Counted from the stretch's first letter, positions 9,232 through 19,908 are shown. The stretch: DNA of 64,000 nt from Candidatus Omnitrophota bacterium (GCA_903944345.1 CAJARJ010000015.1:6433-70432), one strand, 5' to 3'. The notes: a model not told the origin generated them from the sequence alone. A program made the numbers and translations.

Positions 9232-9349
9232 GTTCGGCCTCCTGGTTAGGTGTTTTACACCCCAGAGACTCTACTGGCAAGTGGCTTTAATTATTGGGGA
9301 GAGGTCAAAAGCCCCCCTGATCTTTATATTATTTATCCAACTACTAGGT

Positions 9350-9378
9350 AAAAAAAAGCGACCCCTTACGGAGCCGCT
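9350..9378 (-). terminator. Intrinsic terminator downstream of small ORF
   Basis: Minus strand GCGGCTCC-GTAA-GGGGTCGC followed by T8. Confidence 0.75.
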
Positions 9379-9403
9379 ATCAAAATGCCCAAAATGAAGG
9401 GAT

Positions 9404-9445
9404 TTATCTTAAAATCCCCTCTTCTTCAAAATTAACATACTTCAT
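9404..9445 (-). CDS. Putative 13-aa peptide MKYVNFEEEGILR
   Basis: AGGAGG 5 nt before ATG; own promoter upstream and terminator downstream. Confidence 0.55.
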   Translation of the reverse strand: MKYVNFEEEGILR

Positions 9446-9469
9446 AATATCCTCCTGTTTTACAGACCA

Positions 9470-9498
9470 AGTATAACATGGTTACACCTTATAAACAA
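9470..9498 (-). promoter_or_regulatory. Sigma70-type promoter with extended -10
   Basis: TTGTTT-17 nt-TATACT with TGn immediately before the -10. Confidence 0.6.
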
Positions 9499-9505
9499 CA
9501 CTATT

Positions 9506-10513
9506 CTAAACGACCTTCCCCGTCTCAAGATTGCACTCTTTGGATGATTCAACAGGAGTATGCTTCTGTAAGATTTCCTTAAACTGCTCTGAATCTTTTA
9601 CTCTAGTAAAATCAGCATCGCACTTTGCTAGTTTAACATATCTCAAAGCATTAATTTTTAAAACAATTTCCAAATATTTTCCCCAATCCTTATCTTCCAA
9701 AAGAGCCAGATAACATGCAAGATTATAATTCGCCCTAGGATTTTGAGAAGAAAATTTTAAAATCTGTTTTAGAATCTCAACTGCTTCTCTTAGATCCCCT
9801 TTCCAACGCAATGCTCTTGCTTTATCAATATACGCATCTAAAAAACTACTTTTCTCAGAGATAGCCTTCTCAAAAAAACCTATCGCTGTATCATAGACCT
9901 TACTTTGGAACCAACACAATCCCATGCCATAATATACTTTTGCCTTATCGACGTCAGGGGATTTTAACGAATTCTCATATGCTAATAATGCATTAGGATA
10001 ATCTCCCGTCTTTTGCAAAGCATGACCTCGATACAGACACACTTCAAAACTTGATTGGTCAGTTAGACGATATAGAATTTCCAATGCATCCGTATAATAA
10101 CCCTGTAGATAAAAAATACGTGCTGTTGCAAACTCGAATTCTGATGTCTCGCGTGTCTGAAGCTCAACATACTTATTTTGCAACGCTTCAAACTTCTTCT
10201 TAATGTCTTCTTCCGCCTCTCTAAGACTAGAAAGTCTCTGTATACCAAAAAAGGCAAATGCCGTGAACGCAAAGCCAACCAGAGTCACAGCCCAAGATAA
10301 ATACTGCATAATAAAATCAGTATGTTGCAGTATGAGGTTAATATCTGTTGTTTGAGTTGTAGAAATATCACTCGGTAATATTACAGGGCAATATTTTTGC
10401 AATAAACCGGCTAACCACGGCGTTGTGAACATTAAATGAATAATTAAAAATAGAAATGCGATAATTACAAAAATCCCGATCACAGAAAGAATAAAACCGT
10501 TGAATTTCTTCAT
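9506..10513 (-). CDS. Membrane-anchored TPR-repeat protein
   Basis: Two N-terminal TM helices, coiled coil, ~5 TPRs, C-terminal YNLACY motif; AT-rich. Confidence 0.8.
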   Translation of the reverse strand: MKKFNGFILSVIGIFVIIAFLFLIIHLMFTTPWLAGLLQKYCPVILPSDISTTQTTDINLILQHTDFIMQYLSWAVTLVGFAFTAFAFFGIQRLSSLREAEEDIKKKFEALQNKYVELQTRETSEFEFATARIFYLQGYYTDALEILYRLTDQSSFEVCLYRGHALQKTGDYPNALLAYENSLKSPDVDKAKVYYGMGLCWFQSKVYDTAIGFFEKAISEKSSFLDAYIDKARALRWKGDLREAVEILKQILKFSSQNPRANYNLACYLALLEDKDWGKYLEIVLKINALRYVKLAKCDADFTRVKDSEQFKEILQKHTPVESSKECNLETGKVV

Positions 10514-10761
10514 AAATTTTCCCAGACTTTACACGTAGTTGGTAATGGGGGCTTTATACTAATTCAATTAATTCTATATAAGAAACTTTCCTATGGCAAT
10601 CAATATATCGAAAACACCCATAGACTAAATTAAGCACAAATTCTTGCCACAATTTTGCCACACTAATCCGATAAGTCGAAACAATTGGAAGAAACTACGG
10701 AAAACTAATTGAAAGTAAAATCAACTAGCCATTAAGCAGGGTGTTGCCGTAAGTATATGAC

Positions 10762-10794
10762 AAAACGGCGTGTTACATCACTGTAACACGCCGT
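10762..10794 (-). terminator. Terminator hairpin 3' of tRNA-fMet
   Basis: Perfect 13-bp stem acggcgtgttaca/tgtaacacgccgt with short T tract on the minus strand. Confidence 0.65.
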
Positions 10795-10803
10795 CGGTGA
10801 AAG

Positions 10804-10877
<74 letters not shown>

Positions 10878-10883
10878 ATGTCT

Positions 10884-11384
10884 TTACTGACCCGACGTTT
10901 TCCCGGTCTTCGTTTTTACTGCCGTCGTGGTCGCTGTTGTCTTCTTTTTTGCTACTGGCGTCGTTTTCTTTTTATCGGACGACGCTTTTTTCTTGCTCTG
11001 GGACGACTCTGTTTTTTTCGTTGCCGTCTTTGAAGATGTTATCTTACTCGTTTCTGCGGCAGAAGGCAATGATTTTTTATCTTCTGCTGTTTTTTCTTCT
11101 ACCGACACCGACGGTTTTTGCCCCTGCGGCAGAATTTTGTAAATAACTTCGTCTTCCTTGATAATACCGAATTTTTCTCGCCCTACCCGCGCCAGATACT
11201 CGGGATCCTGCTCCAGACGGCGTCTTTCTTCCTGCAACACATTATTTTCTGCCGACAGCTCGCGAATCTTGTGATCATACGAACTGTTGCGCTGATGCAG
11301 CTCCTGCATCTGCAAATACGACGGCATAAAAAAAACAAAGATCGCAGTGCATATGCCGAAGATATAAAGGGCGTTGCGTATCAC
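10884..11384 (-). CDS. ftsB: Septum formation initiator FtsB/DivIC family with Lys/Thr/Ser-rich tail
   Basis: TM + coiled coil + DPEYLARVGREKFGIIKEDEVIY; canonical position after eno. Confidence 0.8.
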   Translation of the reverse strand: MIRNALYIFGICTAIFVFFMPSYLQMQELHQRNSSYDHKIRELSAENNVLQEERRRLEQDPEYLARVGREKFGIIKEDEVIYKILPQGQKPSVSVEEKTAEDKKSLPSAAETSKITSSKTATKKTESSQSKKKASSDKKKTTPVAKKKTTATTTAVKTKTGKTSGQ

Positions 11385-11408
11385 GTTGCCGCCACCCTTC
11401 CTGAAAAA

Positions 11409-12701
<1,293 letters not shown>

Positions 12702-12893
12702 TCAGAACTGTATAAAAAGATATTCGTATGACCCAAACCACTGCGGTTGAGTCCGAACTTGCAAAATCGAATCTGGAATGAAAACAGTCCGGGTAGATTA
12801 ACATCCGCCCAGTTGTCCGTCAAATAAAATTTCCAGATACCGCCTGCCCGTAGCCTCTACGGGCGAAGAGACCTTTTTTGAAAGCATGTTTGT

Positions 12894-12922
12894 TTGACGT
12901 ATACCTTTGTGTATGTTATTCT
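12894..12922 (+). promoter_or_regulatory. Sigma70 promoter for the ftsH-like gene
   Basis: TTGACG-17 nt-TATTCT with extended TG. Confidence 0.65.
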
Positions 12923-13015
12923 TACGCTAACATTTTACGCCGGTCTCAGCCGCTGGTACAGAATTCTGACCCTGTAACAGCCCGAATTAATATTAACTTT
13001 TTTCCGAGGACCTTT

Positions 13016-15499
13016 ATGCCAAAAATCAAGTTTCTCACATGGCTGCAACTTAACTGGGTCAAACTTCTTCTTATAGCTTTGGCTGCGTCTTTTGTGATCA
13101 CGGTCGTGACCATGCTCGTTTTTGGCTTCAGCAGCTTTGCCTCGCTGGAATCCTTCAGCCGCAAACAGATGATGGCCCAGATGGGGATGTACCTTTTTAT
13201 GGGCATTGTGCAAGGCGTCATTTTTACCTCGATGTACGGCGTCATGTACTACTTCATGTTCATGGGTGGCGGCATGGCCAAATTTCTGGGCAGCGATTCT
13301 GCCACGCATACCAAAGCCAACGTTAAGTGGGACGAAGTCATCGGCATGGAACAGGCCAAAAAAGAGGCCTGGGAAATTGTGCAATTCCTCAAAGATCGCA
13401 AACTGCTGAAGGTTATTGGCGGCAACATCATCAAAGGAGCACTGCTGGTCGGCGGCCCCGGCTGCGGTAAAACTTACCTGGCCAAAGCCATCGCCACTGA
13501 GGCAGGCCTGCCTTTTATTTCCGCTGTCGGCAGCGAGTTTGTAGCCATGTTTGTTGGACTCGGAGCCGCCCGCATGAAATCCCTGTTCAAAGAAGCCCGC
13601 AAAATGGCCAAACTGGAAGGCGGCTGTATCATTTTCATTGACGAGATCGACTCTTTTGCCCGTCCGCGCACCGGCGAATCACCCGGCAACATAGGAGCAC
13701 AGAACGATCACAACGCCACCATCAACCAGTTTCTGACCGAACTCGACGGACTGCGCCAGACAGAAAACAACATTGTCGTTATCGCCGCCACCAACGTCCC
13801 CGAAGAAGAACTGGATCCGGCCATCATGCGCTCGGGCCGCTTTGACCGCAAAATCGAAATCAACAAGCCGACAGCCCATGACCGGGAAGCCCTGCTGCGC
13901 TTCTACCTCAAGAAGATTTCCTCCGACCCCGAGATTAATATCACCGATACCGCCGACCGGATGAAATGGTTCTCGCCGGCTGACGTTAACAACATGGTGC
14001 GGGAAGCGGCCATTATCGCCATGCGCGAGTCCCGGCAGCACGCCAACCAGCAGGACATCAACAAAGCACTTGAACGCGTCATGCATTCCCTCGAAAAAAC
14101 CGGCGGCGACAAAATCCTTTCCTCCCGCATCAACGTGAAGTGGACTGAAGTTATCGGCATGGAAAGCGCCAAAAAAGAAGCCTGGGAAATCGTGGAACTG
14201 CTCAAGGATCGCAGTCTTGTGCAGGCTATCGGCGGAAAAATCGTCAAAGGTATCCTTCTGCTGGGGCCGCCGGGCTGCGGCAAGACCCATCTGGCCAAAG
14301 CCATGGCCACCGAAGCCGGCTACCCGTTTATATCGGTCAGCGGCAGCGAGTTTATTGAAATGTTTGTCGGTGTCGGCCCCAAACGCGTCCGTTCGCTCTT
14401 TAAGGAAGCGCGCGCGTTAGCCAAGGTCGAAGGCGGCTGCATTATTTTTGTAGACGAAATCGACTCCTTTGCCTCGCCGCGCGGCATCGAAATGGGCGGT
14501 GGCGGGATGACCGAACACAATAACACCATCAACCAGTTTCTCACAGAGATGGATGGCCTGCGCCACAACGAAAACAATATTGTTATTCTTGCCGCCACCA
14601 ATGTTGCCGAAAACCAGCTGGATCAGGCTCTTCTGCGGGCCGGACGGTTTGAGCGCAAGATTTATGTGACCCGGCCAAACCTTAATGAACGGCGCGACCT
14701 CTTTGATTTCTATCTCAAAAAAGTCCAGACTGCCGAGGACGTCAAATCTGACATGCTGGCCCGCAAAACACTGTGGTTTTCCCCGGCCGATATCGATAAC
14801 ATGATCCGTGAAGCCGGACTGATTGCCCTGCGCGAGAAACGTGATCGCATCAACTTCAAAGACTTGTCCAAAGCCTACGACCGCATTCTTTACGGCGAAA
14901 AATCCAACACTATTCTCAGCCAGCACGAAAAAGAATGGGTCTCCTATCACGAGGCCGGGCACGCTATTATCGGCTATCTGCTGCATCCGACCAACGACGT
15001 CATTAAAGCCACCATCATTCCGCACAAGGGTGCGCTGGGATTTGTGGCTCCCCGACCGAAAGAAGAAGTCAATATCCGCAGCAAGGAATGGTATCTGGCA
15101 GAAATCAAGGTTTCGGTTGCCAGCTACGCAGCGGAAAAAATCAAGTTCGGCACTACCGGCAGCGGTGTTTCAGCGGATTTCCAGAGCGCCTTGTCCACGG
15201 CCCGCCAGATGGTCTGGAACTGGGGCATGGGACGTTCCGGCCTGCTGGGAGACCTGTCCATGACCGGGCACCCGCACCAGTCCCTGATCTCGGAACGAAC
15301 CAAAGAAAAGCTCGATGACGACGTTCAGGAGATACTCACCTCCTGTCTCAAGGAAGTGACTGAAATTCTTTCGCGCAGAACCGACCTGCTGGATACTTTT
15401 GCGCAGGAACTGCAGGCCAAAGGAGAGTTGGAATACGACGAAATCCAGGCGATCTTTGACCGTTTTGGCCTTAAACCCGAAACCCGGTTACTCGCATGA
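13016..15499 (+). CDS. FtsH-like Zn metalloprotease (M41) with two tandem AAA+ domains
   Basis: 2 TM; GGPGCGKT and GPPGCGKT; IIFIDEID and IIFVDEID; RSGRFDR and RAGRFER; HEAGH; start moved to ATG 13016 (RBS GAGGA). Confidence 0.9.
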   Translation: MPKIKFLTWLQLNWVKLLLIALAASFVITVVTMLVFGFSSFASLESFSRKQMMAQMGMYLFMGIVQGVIFTSMYGVMYYFMFMGGGMAKFLGSDSATHTKANVKWDEVIGMEQAKKEAWEIVQFLKDRKLLKVIGGNIIKGALLVGGPGCGKTYLAKAIATEAGLPFISAVGSEFVAMFVGLGAARMKSLFKEARKMAKLEGGCIIFIDEIDSFARPRTGESPGNIGAQNDHNATINQFLTELDGLRQTENNIVVIAATNVPEEELDPAIMRSGRFDRKIEINKPTAHDREALLRFYLKKISSDPEINITDTADRMKWFSPADVNNMVREAAIIAMRESRQHANQQDINKALERVMHSLEKTGGDKILSSRINVKWTEVIGMESAKKEAWEIVELLKDRSLVQAIGGKIVKGILLLGPPGCGKTHLAKAMATEAGYPFISVSGSEFIEMFVGVGPKRVRSLFKEARALAKVEGGCIIFVDEIDSFASPRGIEMGGGGMTEHNNTINQFLTEMDGLRHNENNIVILAATNVAENQLDQALLRAGRFERKIYVTRPNLNERRDLFDFYLKKVQTAEDVKSDMLARKTLWFSPADIDNMIREAGLIALREKRDRINFKDLSKAYDRILYGEKSNTILSQHEKEWVSYHEAGHAIIGYLLHPTNDVIKATIIPHKGALGFVAPRPKEEVNIRSKEWYLAEIKVSVASYAAEKIKFGTTGSGVSADFQSALSTARQMVWNWGMGRSGLLGDLSMTGHPHQSLISERTKEKLDDDVQEILTSCLKEVTEILSRRTDLLDTFAQELQAKGELEYDEIQAIFDRFGLKPETRLLA

Positions 15500-16515
15500 T
15501 CCGTACTCTTTGCGGTCTGTTTATTCTTATTTTTCTGAGCAGTGGCTGCGGCCTGCTGAAGGACAAAACCTACACACTCTCCCAGGCCGAGGAGAAACTG
15601 GTCGAATTCTGTGCCCGGGAGGGAGAAACTGCAATTGCAACCCGCCGGCAGGGACGCACCCAATGGATATACCTTCCCATGGAAGATCCGCTTTTTGACT
15701 TCAAACTGTCCCCCGGCCACGGGCATACCAAAAAGAAAATACCCCCCCTCATGCTGCTGTCGCTTGAGGGTCAATATACGGAAGGAACCTTTTCCTTTGA
15801 TTACGACACCATCACCGATGTTATCCCGCCGGATCCAACTGACTACGGCTCGGCCTACACTGAAACCTATATCAAAAAACGTCAACTCATTTACCAGGCC
15901 CTGCAGGAAACCTTCTTCAACCTTGACGACGACGAAGAAACCCGCGACTCCGCGCCCCTCTTTTTTGTCATCGTAATCGCCGACACCTCCAAAGGGCTGG
16001 CCACCAGAAGCACGGTCTACTTTTCCGACATACGCGGGTATCTGACAGCCGCAATACCACCCGATGAATATTATCTGCGGGAACGCATTGAAATCATTGG
16101 CGACGAAGAAATGATCGGGAATACGACCGGGGAAGGACTTGAATTCAATGATGTTGCCTGGCCGGAATTTCTGGCCGAACAAATCAAGTTCCGCGCCCGC
16201 TTCAAATTTACCCAGAGCGACTTTCCTCCCGAATCCGACCCGGGACAAACTATCGCCGGCATCGCGGTGAACACTCTGCGTTTCTACCCTTTCAAGGAAT
16301 ATGACCGCATCGTGACAACTGATATACGGGCAAAAAACAGCAAGACCTATACAAAAGAGGACTTTGTTCTGCTGGAAGAAAAACCTCTTTGGGAAAAAAA
16401 CGCCTCAAGAATGCACGTTATCCGCTTCTCTCCGACGACAATGGGCATTGATACCAACTTGACTTCCGACAAGGAAGAAGATTCGCAGAACCACAGCGGA
16501 CTCAGCTGGGAATAA
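15496..16515 (+). CDS. Hypothetical lipoprotein, translationally coupled to the ftsH-like gene
   Basis: ATGA overlap; lipobox-like LSSGC. Confidence 0.75.
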   Translation: MIRTLCGLFILIFLSSGCGLLKDKTYTLSQAEEKLVEFCAREGETAIATRRQGRTQWIYLPMEDPLFDFKLSPGHGHTKKKIPPLMLLSLEGQYTEGTFSFDYDTITDVIPPDPTDYGSAYTETYIKKRQLIYQALQETFFNLDDDEETRDSAPLFFVIVIADTSKGLATRSTVYFSDIRGYLTAAIPPDEYYLRERIEIIGDEEMIGNTTGEGLEFNDVAWPEFLAEQIKFRARFKFTQSDFPPESDPGQTIAGIAVNTLRFYPFKEYDRIVTTDIRAKNSKTYTKEDFVLLEEKPLWEKNASRMHVIRFSPTTMGIDTNLTSDKEEDSQNHSGLSWE

Positions 16516-17104
16516 CTGTCCGCCCGCAAATTTTCAGCCGTCCGCTTACAAACATTTCGACCGCCTGAGGATACAGCCGGTGCTCCGCGCGATGAATCCG
16601 GGCAGCCAGAGTTTCGCGAGTGTCTTGCGCAAGAATCCGTACGGGCGCCTGGGCAATGATCGGGCCGTGATCAATCTGTTCATCCACAAAATGCACTGTC
16701 ACTCCGGTAACCCGGACTCCGTAAGCCAGCGCGTCCTCGATAGCGTGCCCCCCCTTGAAAGCCGGCAGCAACGAAGGATGAATATTCATGATCCGTCCGC
16801 GAAAAGCGTCAATAAACAACGGTGACAAAATTCTCATGTACCCGGCCAGAACCACCAGGTCAATCTGTTCGCGCTGCAAAAGCTCGACGCAGGCCTGGTC
16901 ATAAGCTTCCCGGGAAGGAAAATCGCGCGGAACCAGAGAGACAATTGACGGCACTTTAGCCCGGCGCGCACGCGTCAGCGCATAGGCTGCGGGCCGATCC
17001 GAAAAGACCAGCTTCAAATCTGCCGCAATCTTTCCTTTCCGGCAGGAATTGATAATAGCCTGCAGATTGGATCCATTTCCGGAAGCAAAGACCGCCAAAT
17101 TCAT
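16502..17104 (-). CDS. purN: Phosphoribosylglycinamide formyltransferase
   Basis: ASGNGSNLQA, LAGYMRIL, NIHPSLLP, GVTVHFVD. Confidence 0.97.
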   Translation of the reverse strand: MNLAVFASGNGSNLQAIINSCRKGKIAADLKLVFSDRPAAYALTRARRAKVPSIVSLVPRDFPSREAYDQACVELLQREQIDLVVLAGYMRILSPLFIDAFRGRIMNIHPSLLPAFKGGHAIEDALAYGVRVTGVTVHFVDEQIDHGPIIAQAPVRILAQDTRETLAARIHRAEHRLYPQAVEMFVSGRLKICGRTVIPS

Positions 17105-17131
17105 CTGTCCTCCTGCCTAATAATAAATTCT

Positions 17132-18391
17132 TCAGGCTGCGGTGCGCCTTGAATATCTGTACAACCCCACAATCCCGCATAACGAAAAAAGCAGCCCGAC
17201 CGTCGCCAGAATCCACGAACGGGAGACGACCTCACTGAGTTTCGCACTCAGCAGCATGGTGACCAGAAACGCCGCATGAATGGCAAACTCCATGGCCGCA
17301 AACACCTTGCCCTGCATCTCCTGCGAGGCCACCTTATGTACAACTGTGTTGGCCGCAATAACTATCGGGCCGACCACACACCCCAAAACCAGGGCAAGGC
17401 CTAATGCCACCCAAAGATTGCGCCAGGCATCGACCAGAATAGCAAAAACAGCCATAAATGCCCCGCCGGCAATCAGGCAGGCAAAAATCGTTTCCACATG
17501 CTTTTTCTTGTCTCCCCATTTACCATAAGCCAAGCTGCCGAGGAACAACCCCAGCCCCAAAGCCACCGCCAGAAAACCCAGATCCTTTGTTTTGCTGCCA
17601 AAAGAGTCCTGGACAAAAACAATAATCACAACATAAATTGCTCCGGCCGCCATGAAGAGCACCATCATCAACTGAATGATGTAACGAATCTCGCGGTTCG
17701 CGGCGATATAGCGAACCCCGGCAAAAGCTTCCTGCACAACATTCCTGTATGTCGAGGCCATATCCCGCCCTTCCCGCATCAGTTCGCGCGGGCGCAACCG
17801 CAAGCGGGGACGAGCCAGGAGAGAAACCAGAAAAGCCGAAATAAAAAAAGTAAACGCATCACATATAAAACCGCCCCTGGCTCCGCCGTACTCAACAATC
17901 AGTCCTCCCAGTAACGCTCCGGCCACAAAGGCAATCATGCCCGTCACGGTGGACAACGAATTGGCCGCATGCAGATGTTCGGGGTCGACCAGTTCGGGAA
18001 TAATCGACATTTTGGCGGGGACATAAAAGCGGCTCAGGCAAAACACCAGAAAAACAACAATATAAATTGGCCACATCGAGGCCCGGTCCATAAAAACCAG
18101 CGGAATCAGAAGGACAATCAGGCCACGAATAATATCACAGACAAAAAGCGTAGTTCTGCGATCCCAGCGATCAACATATACGCCGGCAATAGGCCCGACA
18201 ATAAACACGGGAATAATTGTAAACGCCAACAGTTTGGCCAACTCGATCGCTGAACCAAGATGGGGCCCGGCAACCAGTCCAACCAGAGCCATCTGGTTAA
18301 TCCGGTCTCCGAACTGGGAGATCAGTTGCGCCAGCCAGAACAGCACAAAGTCACGATTACGTAAATTCTCACGAAAACTCATGACGGCCAT
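17132..18391 (-). CDS. MFS transporter (H+ antiporter-3/DHA3-like)
   Basis: LFWLAQLISQFGD, motif A GVYVDRWDRR, ~12 TM. Confidence 0.9.
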   Translation of the reverse strand: MAVMSFRENLRNRDFVLFWLAQLISQFGDRINQMALVGLVAGPHLGSAIELAKLLAFTIIPVFIVGPIAGVYVDRWDRRTTLFVCDIIRGLIVLLIPLVFMDRASMWPIYIVVFLVFCLSRFYVPAKMSIIPELVDPEHLHAANSLSTVTGMIAFVAGALLGGLIVEYGGARGGFICDAFTFFISAFLVSLLARPRLRLRPRELMREGRDMASTYRNVVQEAFAGVRYIAANREIRYIIQLMMVLFMAAGAIYVVIIVFVQDSFGSKTKDLGFLAVALGLGLFLGSLAYGKWGDKKKHVETIFACLIAGGAFMAVFAILVDAWRNLWVALGLALVLGCVVGPIVIAANTVVHKVASQEMQGKVFAAMEFAIHAAFLVTMLLSAKLSEVVSRSWILATVGLLFSLCGIVGLYRYSRRTAA

Positions 18392-18532
18392 TATAAAGGA
18401 AAAAAATCGTGAATGGAAGCAGAGTGAAAGGAAGTTAAAAAGAGTTCCGGGGACGCACCTTCGCCTGCAACGCGCACAGCAAAAGCACGCCCCCGAACGG
18501 AACCCAAGGAGGAGGGAGCCTCCGGAGACCGC

Positions 18533-18901
18533 TTACTCTACCAGAACAGAACTACTGCTGGTTGAATGACCAGAACCGACTGTTCCGGCTGAATCGGGTG
18601 TATCGCCGGAACCTGTTGCGCCCGGAGCTTTGCCAGTGCCTCCCGATGGCATATTGTCAGGCCGACAGGCAAAATATTTCTTGTCCGGTGTATATTCGCA
18701 CACTCCGGCACCCGCACGCCCTGCCTGGCATGAATCTCCCGCGGATTTGCCGGAACACCCCGAGATGGCTTCCTGCGGCGGCTGCATGCCATTGCCCCCC
18801 GGGCCGCCGGATGGACGACCGCCTGTGGCGCCGTCTGCGGCAAAAGCAGACACTGTTAACGCTCCCGCCAGAACAATTGCTCCCCAGATCCCTTTTTGCA
18901 T
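18533..18901 (-). CDS. Small secreted Cys-containing protein
   Basis: Signal peptide MQKGIWGAIVLAGALTVSAFA, PPQEAISGC..C..C..CRP; RBS AGGAG before 18901. Confidence 0.7.
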   Translation of the reverse strand: MQKGIWGAIVLAGALTVSAFAADGATGGRPSGGPGGNGMQPPQEAISGCSGKSAGDSCQAGRAGAGVCEYTPDKKYFACRPDNMPSGGTGKAPGATGSGDTPDSAGTVGSGHSTSSSSVLVE

Positions 18902-19086
18902 ATCTACTCCTGTATTTGGTAAAAGAAGCCGCAAGACCTGCCTGTCAGGCCTTTCCACAGATTAGACAACCGCCCCACACAGAAAGTTACTTGTTAAATT
19001 ATCTTTTATTGTCTGAAGCGCTCAAGGAGAAATAAAAAGTCCCCGGCACTCGACGATCAATCGAATGCTGAGGACTTTGCAATATA

Positions 19087-19159
19087 AGCCGACGAAGGGA
19101 GTCGAACCCCCGACCCTCGCTTTACGAAAGCGATGCTCTACCAACTGAGCTACGTCGGC
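19087..19159 (-). tRNA. tRNA-Thr (CGT)
   Basis: GCCGACGTAGCTCAGTTGGTAGAGCATCGCT-TTCGTAA-AGCGAGGGTCGGGGGTTCGACTCCCTTCGTCGGCT. Confidence 0.95.
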
Positions 19160-19225
19160 AATAAAAACAATGCCTAAAACGAGAACTTTTATAGCAGACT
19201 TTATCGGGAATGTAAAGAAATCCTG

Positions 19226-19852
19226 TCAACCGTGCGTGTCCCGCAAAGCCTCCAGATGGACAACAATCCGGTCGACATTCACAATCACATCCCGCATAAT
19301 CCCCAGCGCCCGGGCTTCTTTCCCGGCGGCAGACAAACCGGCAGAATCCTTGAGCTCCATATCGGCCACAAAACTTTCGCACGAGTTGCGAATAAGTCCC
19401 AGCGCGTTATTGATCTTGTGCCAGTCCCTTGCGCGGACCGGGTCTTTATCCGGCTGATGAAAATCATTCGACAAACAGACCGGGCCAGGAACAACCAGCG
19501 CTTGCGCCATGGCCGCCAGACGGGAGAGTGGCACCGGCTTTTCCAGCAAGTCGGTTACTCCCAGCGCGGAAATCTCTGCCCGCTCTCCCGGACTGAACAA
19601 CTGCCCGGTCAGCAGCACCACCGGAGTTGCGTTCTTGTCCGCACGCAAAGTCCGCAGGACATGCATACCATCAAGCTCATCGATGGTCATATCCAGAAAG
19701 ACCAGATCAGGGTGCTGCTCCTTGATCAAAGCCAGAGCCCGCCGGCCGCTTCCGGTTGAAAGAACCTCGTAACCGCGACGCTCCATGAACGCGGAAAGAA
19801 TGCTTCTGGAATCCGGTTCATCCTCGACAATCAAAATTTTTCTTCCTGTCAT
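19226..19852 (-). CDS. Response regulator with C-terminal HisKA/DHp-like hairpin
   Basis: Receiver (VEDE, FLD, LTG, EKP) + WHKINNALGLI; start at ATG 19852 assumed. Confidence 0.8.
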   Translation of the reverse strand: MTGRKILIVEDEPDSRSILSAFMERRGYEVLSTGSGRRALALIKEQHPDLVFLDMTIDELDGMHVLRTLRADKNATPVVLLTGQLFSPGERAEISALGVTDLLEKPVPLSRLAAMAQALVVPGPVCLSNDFHQPDKDPVRARDWHKINNALGLIRNSCESFVADMELKDSAGLSAAGKEARALGIMRDVIVNVDRIVVHLEALRDTHG

Positions 19853-19908
19853 GCCGACAATATAGCATTGACTCTCGTGAAGTGGAATCAAAAATGATTT
19901 TCTTCTGT

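Larger units (their letters stand above)
8109..9307 (-). mobile_element. IS3-family (IS407-like) insertion sequence, ~1.2 kb
   Basis: IRL TGACCTCTCCCC (9307 down) vs IRR GGACCTTACCCC (from 8109); orfA/orfB arrangement with A7 slippery run at 8974-8980; no target-site duplication seen. Confidence 0.9.
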
